Shown here: positions 28,201 through 37,086 of the stretch, piece by piece
How the letters are laid out: each line of letters opens with the position of its first letter
Position numbering within the stretch: position 1 is the stretch's first letter
NCBI RefSeq assembly: GCF_058153355.1
Contig: NZ_CM177019.1
DNA length: 64,000 nucleotides
Reading direction: 5' to 3' (one strand)
Notes under the pieces: model-generated
Database searches by the model: none
The model's input: the letters and a program-made list of their open reading frames with translations, nothing else
Told to the model about the DNA's origin: nothing
Position numbers and translations under genes: made by a program

Positions 28201-29023
28201 GGGATAGCGTCGGAATAGCAGTAAGCACTTTATCCACACAGCGTTGCCACTCATCTTCTGAAGCGAGTGAAAGATGATGACATAGACGTTGATGCCAACT
28301 CGGTAGCGATTCTGCTTCGTGATTAGGTGGAATGATGGTGGTTACTGCGCCTTTTACTGGTTTATATTTGAGTTGAAGAGCGAGAAGGGCGATTTCAACG
28401 GCACTTTCCAGACCACAGCGAATGACTAAGTCATCGACCAGTTCATCTTGAGAGTAAGAGTTCCAAAAGCCCCAGAGCAATGCCGCATCAGATTGCGCAC
28501 TCCCTGTCTGTTTATTACCCAGAATTCGCATTTGTACCTCAGCAAAAGCCTGCTGCCAGTTTTCTGGATAAGAACGGTAATTGTTGTCGGGGTCATATGC
28601 CCTGGTGTTATTCGCGATGCGCTTCCATATTTGACCATCTTTGTGCAGATAATTGATATCTCTGGGGCGAGAGCGATGTGGAAAAGCAAATCGGTTAATA
28701 TCGTCGGTTAGCGGAATGACTGCATCATCAGCCAGCCATGGGCGTTTGTTTTTACTCTCGGGTGAAGTTTTAACGTCAGGAGTGACTTTGGTGACGGGGG
28801 ATATATGCACGTTTGCCGAAGCGTCTTCCACATAGCCTTTTTTCGTTTTCTCTGCGATAAGCTTCAGTTCCGCTTTTTCCGCTGCTGCAGCATCAGCAAA
28901 ATTTTTTACCTGGCTTTGCCCTTGGGTACCAACTTTTCCCCAACTGATATGCAAATCGTTACCTTGCTGCTCCACCGCCCAGAATTTATGCGATTTTTCG
29001 TCCTGAAAGATAAAGTGTCTCAT
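25226..29023 (-). CDS. 1265-aa MolR/YehH-family protein: N-terminal WGR domain, helical-repeat middle, DUF4132-type C-terminus
   Basis: The N-terminus is MRHFIFQDEKSHKFWAVEQQGNDLHISWGKV…AEKTKKGY. The C-terminal block is LDFGPRQFTVGFDETLKP…RRWTAEQF…YADYELLPPFQQL. It is the first gene downstream of metG on the same strand. Confidence 0.85.
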   Translation of the reverse strand: MRHFIFQDEKSHKFWAVEQQGNDLHISWGKVGTQGQSQVKNFADAAAAEKAELKLIAEKTKKGYVEDASANVHISPVTKVTPDVKTSPESKNKRPWLADDAVIPLTDDINRFAFPHRSRPRDINYLHKDGQIWKRIANNTRAYDPDNNYRSYPENWQQAFAEVQMRILGNKQTGSAQSDAALLWGFWNSYSQDELVDDLVIRCGLESAVEIALLALQLKYKPVKGAVTTIIPPNHEAESLPSWHQRLCHHLSLASEDEWQRCVDKVLTAIPTLSPARQPFAALLLPERPDIANAMALRYADQNVPAITWLRVVVTDDIALTTAEKYDFPPLYRDFRAYLAMLLANNGGRGVSRILTEFTEEHSDNPTYLFERISETEDLVKWLWKTNHPDAIQILILGVNGKKKHLEYLSKACQKHPAAAIAAYATLLAIHEDAQWRNALVKLVTVTPELVRDVIPWVNAKAAGILSECRPQSVAKECEYATANMLPELLVAPPWAINKKKNVIPVFDLPVLPIPSVTDITPGITELISHTDISRFSEIAKYQASQQTLFTDLPLIEKESWETSFIPLTPEQQILWRLGFKEWSRTGEEQYEKKIMPQSAVEALLRFDFPALKAEFAQYHNKGSRHWQLYALCFLPTQHAISFLNQIINEEQFSGEREILAIFGDAAIPAFMKCLQRKPQQLWIFTLFLGVSELALPMAQRLQKKMSYEDARKWLANFPHHAAAGLLPVALGKKGKDRDCARQALRLLVNLNQRETIEEIARGYNQPDVLAALATLFDSDPLEEYPAKIAPLPGFYQFTLWRRPRLKSNNLPLPDDAMRHLGTILSFPRDITSYAGLAIIKETFTRESLADFGWDLYTAWMESGAPAKENWAFTSLGILGNDDTARKLTPLIRVWPGESQHKRAVSGLDVLASIGSDIALMLLNGIAQKIKFKALQEHARDKINMVAENRGLTMAELEDRLAPDLGLDSSGSLILDFGPRQFTVGFDETLKPVVRDANGKVLKDLPKPNQSDDKTLATDAVNLFKQLKKDVRAIASQQIDRLEQAMCQRRRWTAEQFRLFLVEHPLVRHLTRRLLWGVYTEENTLIACFRVAEDSTYSDMQDELFTLPAGNIGIPHMLEIPPESVAAFRQIYADYELLPPFQQLERGSYHLADNERNVHELSRWNGRLCQAGRIVGLERRGWQRLEESGSVYAMRKSTPYGALELETEPFSLIYGETGYSDLLPVESVKIIAPYDRYGKQSSPTFSVLDDITASELINDIESLFN

Positions 29024-29120
29024 TCTGCATCCCTGTAATTTTATCCAGTTGAATGCAGATGCTACCAGTATTTATGCGGGTTAGAGAGAGACAAAATCGC
29101 AAGAAAACAACTTTAGGAAT

Positions 29121-29154
29121 TTATAAAGAAAAGGCGCTGTCGATACAGCGCCTT
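29121..29154 (-). terminator. Rho-independent terminator of metG
   Basis: On the minus strand, aaggcgctgt-atcg-acagcgcctt forms a 10-bp stem followed by TTCTTTAT. Confidence 0.75.
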
Positions 29155-29163
29155 GAAAGGAGA

Positions 29164-31197
29164 TTATTTCACCTGATGACCCGGTTTAGCACCGGCATCC
29201 GGGCTTAGCAGGAAAATATCTTTCCCGCCAGGACCGGCAGCCATCACCATGCCTTCAGAGATACCGAAGCGCATTTTACGTGGTGCCAGGTTAGCCACCA
29301 TAATGGTGTGACGACCAATCAGTGCCTGCGGATCCGGGTAGGCAGAACGAATGCCGGAGAAGACATTGCGTTTTTCACCGCCGAGATCCAGCGTCAGGCG
29401 CAGCAGTTTGTCAGAACCTTCAACAAACTCTGCGTTTTCGATCAACGCCACGCGCAGGTCAACTTTGGCGAAGTCGTCAAAGGTGATGGTTTCCTGAATC
29501 GGATCATCTGCCAGCGGGCCAGTAACTGGTGCGGCAGTGGCTTTCACTTCTTCTTTAGATGCTTCCACCAGTGCTTCAACCTGCTTCATGTCAATACGGT
29601 TATACAGTGCTTTGAACGGATTCACTTTATGGCCCAGCAGCGGTTGCTGGATACCATCCCAGGTCAGTTCCGTATTCAGGAATGCTTCCGCTCGTTCAGT
29701 CAGTTTCGGCAGTACCGGTTTCAGGTAGGTCATCAGCACGCGGAACAGGTTAATGCCCATCGAGCAAATCGCCTGCAGATCGGCATCGCGACCTTCCTGC
29801 TTCGCCACCACCCACGGAGCCTGTTCATCGACATAGCGGTTAGCCAGATCAGCCAGCGCCATAATTTCGCGCACTGCTTTACCAAATTCGCGGCTTTCCC
29901 ATGCTTCACCAATCACTTCAGCGGCATCCGTGAAGGTTTTGTACAACTGCGGGTCAGCCAGTTCGCTTGCCAACACGCCGTCAAAACGCTTGTTGATAAA
30001 GCCCGCGTTACGGGATGCCAGGTTTACAACCTTATTAACGATATCGGCATTCACGCGCTGGACGAAATCCTCGAGATTGAGATCGATATCATCAATGCGC
30101 GAAGAGAGTTTCGCAGTGTAGTAGTAACGCAGGCTGTCAGCGTCAAAATGATTCAGCCAGGTGCTGGCTTTAATAAAGGTGCCGCGAGACTTGGACATCT
30201 TCGCGCCGTTCACCGTTACATAGCCGTGAACAAACAGGTTGGTCGGCTTGCGGAAGTTGCTACCTTCCAACATGGCAGGCCAGAACAGGCTGTGGAAGTA
30301 AACAATATCTTTACCGATGAAGTGGTACAGCTCGGCGGTGGAGTCTTTCTTCCAGTATTCATCGAAGCTTACGCTGTCGCCGCGCTTGTCACACAGATTC
30401 TTGAAAGAACCCATGTAGCCAATCGGTGCGTCCAGCCAGACGTAGAAATATTTGCCCGGCGCGTTCGGAATTTCAAAACCGAAGTACGGTGCATCGCGGG
30501 AGATATCCCATTGTTGCAGGCCAGATTCAAACCACTCCTGCATTTTGTTTGCCACCTGCTCCTGCAACGCACCGCTGCGGGTCCATGCCTGCAGCATTTC
30601 GCTGAAAGAGGGCAGATCAAAGAAGAAGTGTTCAGAATCACGCATTACCGGGGTAGCGCCAGAAACCACCGATTTCGGCTCGATCAATTCAGTCGGGCTA
30701 TATGTTGCGCCGCAGACTTCACAGTTATCGCCGTATTGATCCGGTGATTTACATTTCGGGCAGGTGCCTTTCACAAAACGGTCCGGCAGGAACATGCCTT
30801 TTTCCGGATCGTACAGTTGAGAGATGGTGCGGTTTTTAATAAAACCGTTTTCCTTCAGGCGAGTATAGATAAGTTCTGACAACTGGCGGTTCTCTTCGCT
30901 GTGCGTCGAGTGATAGTTGTCATAGCTGATGTTAAAGCCTGCAAAATCAGTCTGATGTTCCTGACTCATTTCGCCAATCATCTGCTCCGGAGTGATACCA
31001 AGCTGCTGAGCTTTCAGCATGATCGGTGTACCGTGGGCATCGTCGGCGCAGATGAAGTTGACCTCGTGGCCGCGCATTCGCTGGTAACGGACCCAGACAT
31101 CAGCCTGGATGTGCTCCAGCATATGGCCGAGGTGGATTGAGCCGTTAGCGTACGGCAGTGCGCACGTCACCAGAATTTTCTTCGCGACTTGAGTCAT
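29164..31197 (-). CDS. metG: methionyl-tRNA synthetase
   Basis: [25 protein letters not shown] carries the HIGH motif, and a KMSKS motif is present. The C-terminal tRNA-binding domain is also present. Length is 677 aa from the ATG at 31197. Confidence 0.97.
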   Translation of the reverse strand: MTQVAKKILVTCALPYANGSIHLGHMLEHIQADVWVRYQRMRGHEVNFICADDAHGTPIMLKAQQLGITPEQMIGEMSQEHQTDFAGFNISYDNYHSTHSEENRQLSELIYTRLKENGFIKNRTISQLYDPEKGMFLPDRFVKGTCPKCKSPDQYGDNCEVCGATYSPTELIEPKSVVSGATPVMRDSEHFFFDLPSFSEMLQAWTRSGALQEQVANKMQEWFESGLQQWDISRDAPYFGFEIPNAPGKYFYVWLDAPIGYMGSFKNLCDKRGDSVSFDEYWKKDSTAELYHFIGKDIVYFHSLFWPAMLEGSNFRKPTNLFVHGYVTVNGAKMSKSRGTFIKASTWLNHFDADSLRYYYTAKLSSRIDDIDLNLEDFVQRVNADIVNKVVNLASRNAGFINKRFDGVLASELADPQLYKTFTDAAEVIGEAWESREFGKAVREIMALADLANRYVDEQAPWVVAKQEGRDADLQAICSMGINLFRVLMTYLKPVLPKLTERAEAFLNTELTWDGIQQPLLGHKVNPFKALYNRIDMKQVEALVEASKEEVKATAAPVTGPLADDPIQETITFDDFAKVDLRVALIENAEFVEGSDKLLRLTLDLGGEKRNVFSGIRSAYPDPQALIGRHTIMVANLAPRKMRFGISEGMVMAAGPGGKDIFLLSPDAGAKPGHQVK

Positions 31198-31328
31198 AGT
31201 AGGCATTACTTCTTAATAGTGAAAAGGGGTTAGATAGTACCAAATGGGAAAATGTTAAGTAAGTACTTCTCTATATTCTTCAGGTAAACTATCAGCTGAT
31301 GGTTTATCTATACAAAAAAGGAGTCGGG

Positions 31329-32438
31329 ATGAACGAACAATCCCAGGCCAAATCACCAGAAGCCTTGCGCGCAATGGTCGCCGGGACACTGGCCAATTTT
31401 CAGCACCCAACCCTGAAGCATAACCTCACCACGCTGAAAGCGTTGCACCATGTCGCCTGGATGGACGACACGTTGCATGTGGAACTGGTTATGCCGTTTG
31501 TCTGGCATAGCGCGTTCGAAGAGTTAAAAGAGCAATGTAGCGCCGAACTGCTGCGCATCACCGGGGCGAAAGCTATCGACTGGAAACTGTCGCACAATAT
31601 CGCCACCTTAAAACGCGTGAAGAATCAGCCGGGAATTAACGGCGTGAAGAACATCATTGCGGTCAGCTCCGGTAAAGGCGGCGTGGGTAAATCCTCCACG
31701 GCGGTAAATCTGGCGCTGGCACTGGCGGCGGAAGGGGCGAAAGTCGGCATTCTGGACGCCGATATCTACGGCCCATCAATACCCACCATGCTGGGCGCAG
31801 AAAATCAGCGTCCAACTTCGCCGGACGGTACCCATATGGCACCGATTATGTCTCATGGACTGGCAACCAATTCAATTGGTTATCTGGTCACTGACGACAA
31901 TGCGATGGTGTGGCGTGGTCCGATGGCGAGCAAGGCGTTAATGCAGATGTTGCAGGAAACCTTGTGGCCGGATCTCGACTATCTGGTGCTTGATATGCCG
32001 CCAGGCACCGGTGACATTCAATTGACACTGGCACAAAATATTCCAGTAACTGGCGCGGTAGTGGTCACCACCCCGCAGGACATTGCGTTGATCGATGCGA
32101 AAAAAGGCATTGTGATGTTCGAGAAAGTCGAGGTTCCGGTGCTCGGTATTGTCGAGAACATGAGTGTGCATATTTGCAGTAACTGTGGTCACCATGAACC
32201 GATTTTCGGTACCGGTGGTGCAGAGAAACTGGCCGAGAAATACCACACGCAGTTGCTGGGGCAGATGCCGTTACACATTTCCTTACGTGAAGATCTCGAT
32301 AAAGGCACGCCAACAGTTATCAGCCGTCCGGAGAGCGAATTTACTGCTATCTACCGCCAGCTGGCTGACCGCGTTGCAGCCCAGCTTTATTGGCAGGGAG
32401 AAGTCATTCCTGGCGAGATTTCCTTCCGCGCGGTCTGA
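31329..32438 (+). CDS. mrp: Mrp/ApbC Fe-S cluster carrier ATPase
   Basis: MNEQSQAKSPE… with a deviant Walker A (SGKGGVGKSS) and a CxxC motif (CSNCGH). It is divergent from metG. Confidence 0.92.
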   Translation: MNEQSQAKSPEALRAMVAGTLANFQHPTLKHNLTTLKALHHVAWMDDTLHVELVMPFVWHSAFEELKEQCSAELLRITGAKAIDWKLSHNIATLKRVKNQPGINGVKNIIAVSSGKGGVGKSSTAVNLALALAAEGAKVGILDADIYGPSIPTMLGAENQRPTSPDGTHMAPIMSHGLATNSIGYLVTDDNAMVWRGPMASKALMQMLQETLWPDLDYLVLDMPPGTGDIQLTLAQNIPVTGAVVVTTPQDIALIDAKKGIVMFEKVEVPVLGIVENMSVHICSNCGHHEPIFGTGGAEKLAEKYHTQLLGQMPLHISLREDLDKGTPTVISRPESEFTAIYRQLADRVAAQLYWQGEVIPGEISFRAV

Positions 32439-32466
32439 CGCGCATTAACCTTTTTGGTTGTTTTTC

Positions 32467-32509
32467 ATACACCGCAGAGATGTTACATTGATGCGGTGTA
32501 TTTGTTTTT
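32467..32509 (+). terminator. Rho-independent terminator of mrp
   Basis: atacaccgca … tgcggtgtat forms a 10-bp stem followed by ttgttttt. Confidence 0.7.
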
Positions 32510-32700
32510 GCCGCATTAATGAACACTTATTTAATGCTGCGAATATTCTGCGGACCTTCGTCCGAAACTCTATAAAGTCGATTGATCGTACAGGCAATGC
32601 TTCATTATCATCCTTCGTGGCTGTGTAGTGGATGTACAGCTATAGTTTGTTATGCACTCATTCTATCCAGGCATAACCTTTACTACAGGGATAACGTTCA

Positions 32701-32982
32701 ATGAATAAGTACTGGCTGTCAGGAATTATTTTTCTTGCCTATGGAATGGCTTCTCCCGCGTTCTCTTCACAGACTGCCACATTAACGATTAATGGCAGGA
32801 TCAGTCCCCCAACATGCAGTATGGCTATGGTTAATGGTCAACCTCAACAGCATTGTGGTCAGTTAACGTATGATGTTGATACCCGTCATCAGGTTTCTTC
32901 GCCAGTCAAAGGTGTGACGACAGAAGTGGTTGTTGCAGGTAGTGATAGCAAACGTCGAATCGTGTTAAATCGCTACGATTAA
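32701..32982 (+). CDS. yehE: small secreted protein YehE (DUF2574)
   Basis: 93 aa with a signal peptide (…AYGMASPAFSSQ). It lies upstream of yehDCBA, as in K-12. Confidence 0.8.
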   Translation: MNKYWLSGIIFLAYGMASPAFSSQTATLTINGRISPPTCSMAMVNGQPQQHCGQLTYDVDTRHQVSSPVKGVTTEVVVAGSDSKRRIVLNRYD

Positions 32983-33277
32983 TTTGCCACCCTGGTTTTT
33001 TAAGCGGATTTAGAAAGCTGAAATCATTCGTGTGAATGATTTCAGCTTTTTTATTGATATTAATAATACCATTTAAAAAAATCTGCATTAATTAATAGAT
33101 GTGATAAATATTTAATATGCTTAAGTATTTGTTGTATTTATATTGCAATAGTTAATTTGTTTTAAATCAATAAAACAATATGTTTACATTGCGGCAACTT
33201 TTTTGATGTGAGAAATTTGTTTCCAAGAGATACAGACTCTTAACAACCAAAAAATAAATTTTATTAAGGAACATATT

Positions 33278-33820
33278 ATGAAACGTTCAATTATTGCTGC
33301 CGCTGTCTTTTCTTCTTTTTTTATGAGCGCTGGGGTATTTGCCGCAGACGTTGATACCGGAACATTAACCATTAAAGGGAATATTGCAGAATCTCCGTGT
33401 AAATTCGAAGCGGGTGGCGATTCAGTAAGTATTAATATGCCAACTGTACCAACCACTGTCTTTGAAGGTAAAGCTAAATACTCGACCTATGATGATGCAG
33501 TCGGTGTAACCAGCAGCATGTTAAAAATTAGCTGTCCGAAAGAAGTTGCTGGTGTAAAACTCTCGTTGATTACCAACGATAAAATAACCGGAAACGATAA
33601 GGCGATAGCCAGTAGCAACGATACCGTGGGGTACTATCTCTATTTAGGTGATAACAGCGATGTCCTGGATGTTTCTGCGCCTTTTAACATTGAAAGTTAT
33701 AAAACAGCGGAAGGTCAATATGCCATTCCGTTTAAAGCGAAATATCTGAAACTGACAGATAACTCAGTGCAATCAGGTGATGTGTTATCTTCTCTGGTTA
33801 TGCGTGTGGCGCAGGATTAA
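33278..33820 (+). CDS. yehD: fimbrial major subunit (type 1 pilin family)
   Basis: 180 aa with a signal peptide, a pilin Cys pair and a C-terminal beta-strand motif. It is the first gene of a chaperone-usher operon. Confidence 0.88.
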   Translation: MKRSIIAAAVFSSFFMSAGVFAADVDTGTLTIKGNIAESPCKFEAGGDSVSINMPTVPTTVFEGKAKYSTYDDAVGVTSSMLKISCPKEVAGVKLSLITNDKITGNDKAIASSNDTVGYYLYLGDNSDVLDVSAPFNIESYKTAEGQYAIPFKAKYLKLTDNSVQSGDVLSSLVMRVAQD

Positions 33821-33855
33821 TAAATAAAATTTCAAATTTCTCCAGGTAATAAACA

Positions 33856-33884
33856 TGGCCGCTATCCCCATGGCGGCCTTTTAA
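33856..33884 (+). terminator. intra-operon hairpin after the pilin gene (possible attenuator)
   Basis: ggccgc-N10-gcggcc is followed by ttttaattt. This placement after a major-subunit gene is typical of chaperone-usher operons. Confidence 0.45.
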
Positions 33885-33900
33885 TTTAAGAGGCATTAAG

Positions 33901-34575
33901 ATGAAAGGATTATTAGCTTTACTTATTTCTTCTATGGTCCTTCCTGCGCATGCCGGAATTGTTATCTACGGGACGCGCATTATTTACCCGGCAGAAAATA
34001 AAGAAGTGATGGTGCAGTTGATGAACCAGGGAAACCGTTCTTCGCTGCTGCAGGCGTGGATTGATGATGGCGATACGTCGTTACCACCAGAAAAAATTCA
34101 GGTTCCTTTCATGTTAACGCCACCAGTGGCAAAAATAGGGGCAAATTCCGGGCAGCAAGTAAAAATCAAAATTATGTCGAATAAACTGCCCACTAATAAA
34201 GAGAGCATTTTTTATCTGAATGTTCTGGATATTCCACCAAATAGTCCAGAGCAAGAGGGCAAGAATGCACTGAAATTTGCAATGCAAAACAGAATCAAAT
34301 TGTTTTACCGGCCTGCGGGTATTGCACCGGTAAATAAAGCGACATTTAAAAAGTTACTGGTAAATCGCAGTGGCAATGGATTGGTGATAAAAAATGACTC
34401 AGCAAATTGGGTAACGATTTCGGATGTCAAAGCTAATAATGTTAAAGTCAATTATGAAATTATCATGATTGCACCATTGGAAAGTCAGAGTGTTAATGTC
34501 AAAACTAATAATGCGAATAGCTGGCATCTGACCATTATCGATGACCATGGCAACTATATTAGTGACAAAATTTAA
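33901..34575 (+). CDS. yehC: periplasmic fimbrial chaperone (PapD family)
   Basis: 224 aa with a signal peptide and PapD-like motifs (IYGTRIIYP…, NRIKLFYRP). Confidence 0.88.
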   Translation: MKGLLALLISSMVLPAHAGIVIYGTRIIYPAENKEVMVQLMNQGNRSSLLQAWIDDGDTSLPPEKIQVPFMLTPPVAKIGANSGQQVKIKIMSNKLPTNKESIFYLNVLDIPPNSPEQEGKNALKFAMQNRIKLFYRPAGIAPVNKATFKKLLVNRSGNGLVIKNDSANWVTISDVKANNVKVNYEIIMIAPLESQSVNVKTNNANSWHLTIIDDHGNYISDKI

Positions 34576-34590
34576 TTGCAGGAGCTACCT

Positions 34591-37071
34591 ATGTTGAGAA
34601 TGACCCCACTTGCATCAGCAATCGTAGCGTTATTGCTTGGCATTGAAGCTTATGCGGCTGAAGAAACTTTTGATACTCATTTTATGATAGGTGGAATGAA
34701 AGACCAGCAGGTTGCAAATATTCGTCTTGATGATAATCAACCCTTGCCAGGGCAGTATGAAATCGATATTTATGTCAATAAGCAATGGCGAGGGAAATAC
34801 GAGGTTATCGTTAAAGATAATCACGAAGAAACATGCCTGGAAAGGGAAATTATAAAGCGATTGGGTTTTAATACCGATAACTTTGCCAGCGGTAAGCAAT
34901 GTTTAACATTTGAGCAACTTGTTCACGGTGGGAGCTATACCTGGGATATCGGAGTTTTTCGTCTCGATTTCAGTGTACCGCAGGCGTGGGTGGAAGAACT
35001 GGAAAGTGGCTATGTTCCACCGGAAAACTGGGAGCGGGGTATTAATGCGTTTTATACCTCTTATTATGTGAGTCAGTATTACAGCGACTATAAAGCGTCG
35101 GGTAATAGCAAGAGTACATATGTACGTTTTAACAGCGGGTTAAACTTACTGGGGTGGCAACTGCATTCTGATGCCAGTTTAAGTAAAACAAATAGCAATC
35201 CAGGGGTGTGGAAAAGCAATACCCTGTATCTGGAACGTGGATTTGCCCAACTTCTCGGCACGCTTCGCGTGGGTGATATGTACACATCAAGCGATATTTT
35301 TGATTCTGTTCGCTTCAGCGGTGTGCGGTTGTTTCGTGATATGCAGATGTTGCCTAACTCGAAACAAAATTTTACTCCACGGGTGCAGGGGATTGCTCAG
35401 AGTAACGCGCTGGTAACTATTGAACAGAACGGTTTTGTGGTTTATCAGAAAGAGGTTCCTCCTGGCCCGTTTGCGATTACAGATTTGCAGTTGGCCGGTG
35501 GTGGAGCAGATCTTGATGTCAGCGTGAAAGAGGCGGACGGTTCGGTAACCACCTATCTGGTGCCTTATGCAGCAGTGCCGAATATGCTGCAACCCGGCGT
35601 GTCGAAATATGATTTTGCGGCAGGTCGTAGCCATATTGAAGGGGCGAGCAAACAAAGTGATTTTGTTCAGGCGGGTTATCAGTATGGTTTTAATAACTTA
35701 TTGACGCTGTATGGCGGATCGATGGTCGCGAATAATTATTACGCGTTCACTTTGGGGACTGGCTGGAATACACGCATTGGTGCCATTTCCGTCGATGCCA
35801 CGAAGTCGCATAGTAAACAAGACAACGGCGATGTGTTTGACGGGCAAAGTTATCAAATTGCCTACAACAAATTTGTGAGCCAAACGTCGACGCGTTTTGG
35901 TCTGGCGGCCTGGCGTTATTCGTCGCGTGATTACCGGACATTTAACGATCACGTTTGGGCAAACAATAAAGATAATTATCGCCGTGATGAAAACGATATC
36001 TATGACATTGCCGATTATTACCAGAACGATTTTGGCCGTAAAAATAGCTTTTCTGCCAATATGAGCCAGTCATTGCCAGAAGGCTGGGGTTCTGTGTCTT
36101 TAAGTACGTTATGGCGAGATTACTGGGGGCGTAGCGGCAGCAGTAAGGATTATCAGTTGAGTTATTCCAACAACCTGCGACGGATAAGCTATACCCTCGC
36201 GGCAAGCCAGGCTTATGACGAGAATCATCATGAAGAGAAACGTTTTAATATTTTTATATCGATTCCCTTTGATTGGGGTGATGACGTTACGACGCCTCGT
36301 CGGCAAATATATATGTCTAACTCAACGACGTTTGATGATCAGGGTTTTGCCTCAAATAATACGGGATTATCGGGAACCTTTGGAAGCCGGGATCAATTTA
36401 ACTATGGGGTCAACCTGAGTCATCAGCATCAGGGAAATGAAACGACAGCTGGAGCGAATTTAACCTGGAACGCGCCGGTTGCGACAGTGAATGGCAGTTA
36501 TAGTCAGTCGAGTGCTTATCGACAAGCTGGAGCCAGTATTTCAGGGGGCATTGTCGCCTGGTCGGGTGGCGTTAATCTGGCGAACCGTCTTTCCGAAACG
36601 TTTGCTGTAATGAACGCACCTGGAATTAAAGATGCTTATGTCAATGGGCAAAAATATCGTACAACAAATCGTAATGGAGTGGTGGTATACGACGGAATGA
36701 CACCTTATCGGGAAAATCACCTGATGCTGGATGTGTCGCAAAGCGATAGTGAAACAGAATTACGTGGTAACCGGAAAATTGCCGCACCTTATCGCGGCGC
36801 GGTCGTACTGGTTAATTTTGATACCGATCAGCGCAAGCCCTGGTTTATAAAAGCGTTAAGAGCGGATGGGCAACCATTAACGTTTGGTTATGAAGTCAAT
36901 GATATCCACGGTCACAATATTGGTGTTGTCGGTCAGGGAAGCCAGTTATTTATTCGCACTAATGATGTACCGCCATCGGTTAATGTGGCAATTGATAAAC
37001 AACAAGGGCTCTCATGCACAATCACCTTCGGTAAAGAGATTGATGAAAATAGGAACTATATTTGCCAGTAA
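34591..37071 (+). CDS. yehB: outer-membrane fimbrial usher
   Basis: The ATG at 34591 follows GGAG (MLRMTPLASAIVALLLG…). Length is 826 aa, with usher-family features throughout. Confidence 0.9.
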   Translation: MLRMTPLASAIVALLLGIEAYAAEETFDTHFMIGGMKDQQVANIRLDDNQPLPGQYEIDIYVNKQWRGKYEVIVKDNHEETCLEREIIKRLGFNTDNFASGKQCLTFEQLVHGGSYTWDIGVFRLDFSVPQAWVEELESGYVPPENWERGINAFYTSYYVSQYYSDYKASGNSKSTYVRFNSGLNLLGWQLHSDASLSKTNSNPGVWKSNTLYLERGFAQLLGTLRVGDMYTSSDIFDSVRFSGVRLFRDMQMLPNSKQNFTPRVQGIAQSNALVTIEQNGFVVYQKEVPPGPFAITDLQLAGGGADLDVSVKEADGSVTTYLVPYAAVPNMLQPGVSKYDFAAGRSHIEGASKQSDFVQAGYQYGFNNLLTLYGGSMVANNYYAFTLGTGWNTRIGAISVDATKSHSKQDNGDVFDGQSYQIAYNKFVSQTSTRFGLAAWRYSSRDYRTFNDHVWANNKDNYRRDENDIYDIADYYQNDFGRKNSFSANMSQSLPEGWGSVSLSTLWRDYWGRSGSSKDYQLSYSNNLRRISYTLAASQAYDENHHEEKRFNIFISIPFDWGDDVTTPRRQIYMSNSTTFDDQGFASNNTGLSGTFGSRDQFNYGVNLSHQHQGNETTAGANLTWNAPVATVNGSYSQSSAYRQAGASISGGIVAWSGGVNLANRLSETFAVMNAPGIKDAYVNGQKYRTTNRNGVVVYDGMTPYRENHLMLDVSQSDSETELRGNRKIAAPYRGAVVLVNFDTDQRKPWFIKALRADGQPLTFGYEVNDIHGHNIGVVGQGSQLFIRTNDVPPSVNVAIDKQQGLSCTITFGKEIDENRNYICQ

Positions 37072-37086
37072 TAATCGGGTGGCTCT

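Noticed and set aside
10315-29023. Assigning the yeh cluster to a named anti-phage defence system
   Set aside because: I cannot match the gene content to any named system from memory. The cluster is chromosomal-core-like in E. coli rather than island-borne. It is kept as a hypothesis in the findings, not called as a defence system.
29308-30747. 479-aa plus-strand ORF
   Set aside because: It lies entirely antisense to metG, whose identity is unambiguous (HIGH and KMSKS motifs). The translation is low-complexity and R/Q/F-rich, as expected for a mirror-frame artefact in a highly codon-biased gene.
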